Position numbers and translations under genes: made by a program
Source of the DNA: an uncultured Clostridia bacterium
Lineage (GTDB): Bacteria > Bacillota > Clostridia > Christensenellales > Borkfalkiaceae
Direction of reading: 5' to 3'
NCBI GenBank assembly: GCA_947176305.1
Contig: CAMWPZ010000001.1
Location: 4,154 to 68,153, forward strand
Length of the DNA: 64,000 nucleotides
Notes under the pieces: model-generated
The model's database searches: none
The model's input: only the letters and a program-made list of their open reading frames with translations
Told to the model about the DNA's origin: nothing
Shown here: positions 63,871-64,000 of the stretch, in pieces
How the letters are laid out: every line of letters starts with the position of its first letter
Position numbering within the stretch: position 1 is the stretch's first letter

Positions 63871-64000
63871 ATGGCGGAAAACTGCATAGATTTTACTCAA
63901 AATGGGGACCGCGTACGCATTAATCTTACCGATTTGGCGAAAAAAGTTATTTTCCAAAGCGACCTAAAAATTTTCGAAGCCTCGTCAGACGACCATTGGA
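63871..64000 (+). CDS. Hypothetical protein, partial (runs off the right edge)
   Basis: ATG 63871 after AAAGGAG (63857-63863). Reads MAENCIDFTQNGDRVRINLTDLAKKVIFQSDLKIFEASSDDHW with no stop in the window. Confidence 0.4.
   Translation, partial: MAENCIDFTQNGDRVRINLTDLAKKVIFQSDLKIFEASSDDHW

Noticed and set aside
1-64000. CRISPR arrays, tRNA/rRNA genes, integrases, transposases and IS inverted repeats
   Set aside because: I scanned for regularly spaced direct repeats, tRNA-like cloverleaf candidates near the composition breaks (31.0 kb, 50 kb, 63.8 kb) and recombinase motifs in the ORF track. I recognised none. A tRNAscan/ISfinder run could still find what the eye misses.

Overview
This 64-kb window looks like a Clostridia-type Firmicute chromosome. 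That guess rests only on gene content: a short MetH with a separate activation-domain gene, DUF3795, and BspA-type LRR proteins. All family calls come from reading motifs in the supplied translations and DNA; no database search was possible.

- **1-22.5 kb, ordinary core (roughly half G+C).** It holds metH, an activation-domain gene and metF. Next is an eight-gene + strand locus: MoxR ATPase, DUF58 and two BatA/vWA membrane proteins, flanked by three very large lipoproteins. A minus-strand run of small genes ending in rarA follows.
- **22.6 kb to at least 52.3 kb, a dense defence island.** It is mostly AT-rich and almost entirely on the minus strand.
  1. A type I R-M operon, fic-hsdM-hsdS-RT-hsdR, with a UG/Abi-type reverse transcriptase between hsdS and hsdR.
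  2. A decayed PHP phosphoesterase, a stand-alone Smr gene and a GNAT.
  3. A 906-aa unknown protein paired with a 1597-aa DEAH/DUF1998 helicase, which looks like Druantia type III.
  4. A DEDDh exonuclease and a multiply disrupted UvrD-type helicase/RecB-type nuclease.
  5. A three-gene island of REase, DinG-like Fe-S helicase and pPIWI-RE (Argonaute-like) protein, preceded by a promoter, a leader and an intrinsic terminator.
  6. A divergent DUF262-DUF1524 (GmrSD-like) gene.
- **52.4-63.7 kb, a nine-gene translationally coupled minus-strand operon.** It mixes phage-like nucleotide metabolism (short NrdD, HAD-NrdG fusion, Tmk-like kinase, two metallophosphoesterases) with three BspA-type LRR proteins that lack signal peptides. 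One LRR protein is fused to a degenerate AAA ATPase and one to GT4 plus Sel1 repeats.

I recognised no rRNA, tRNA, CRISPR array, integrase or transposase.
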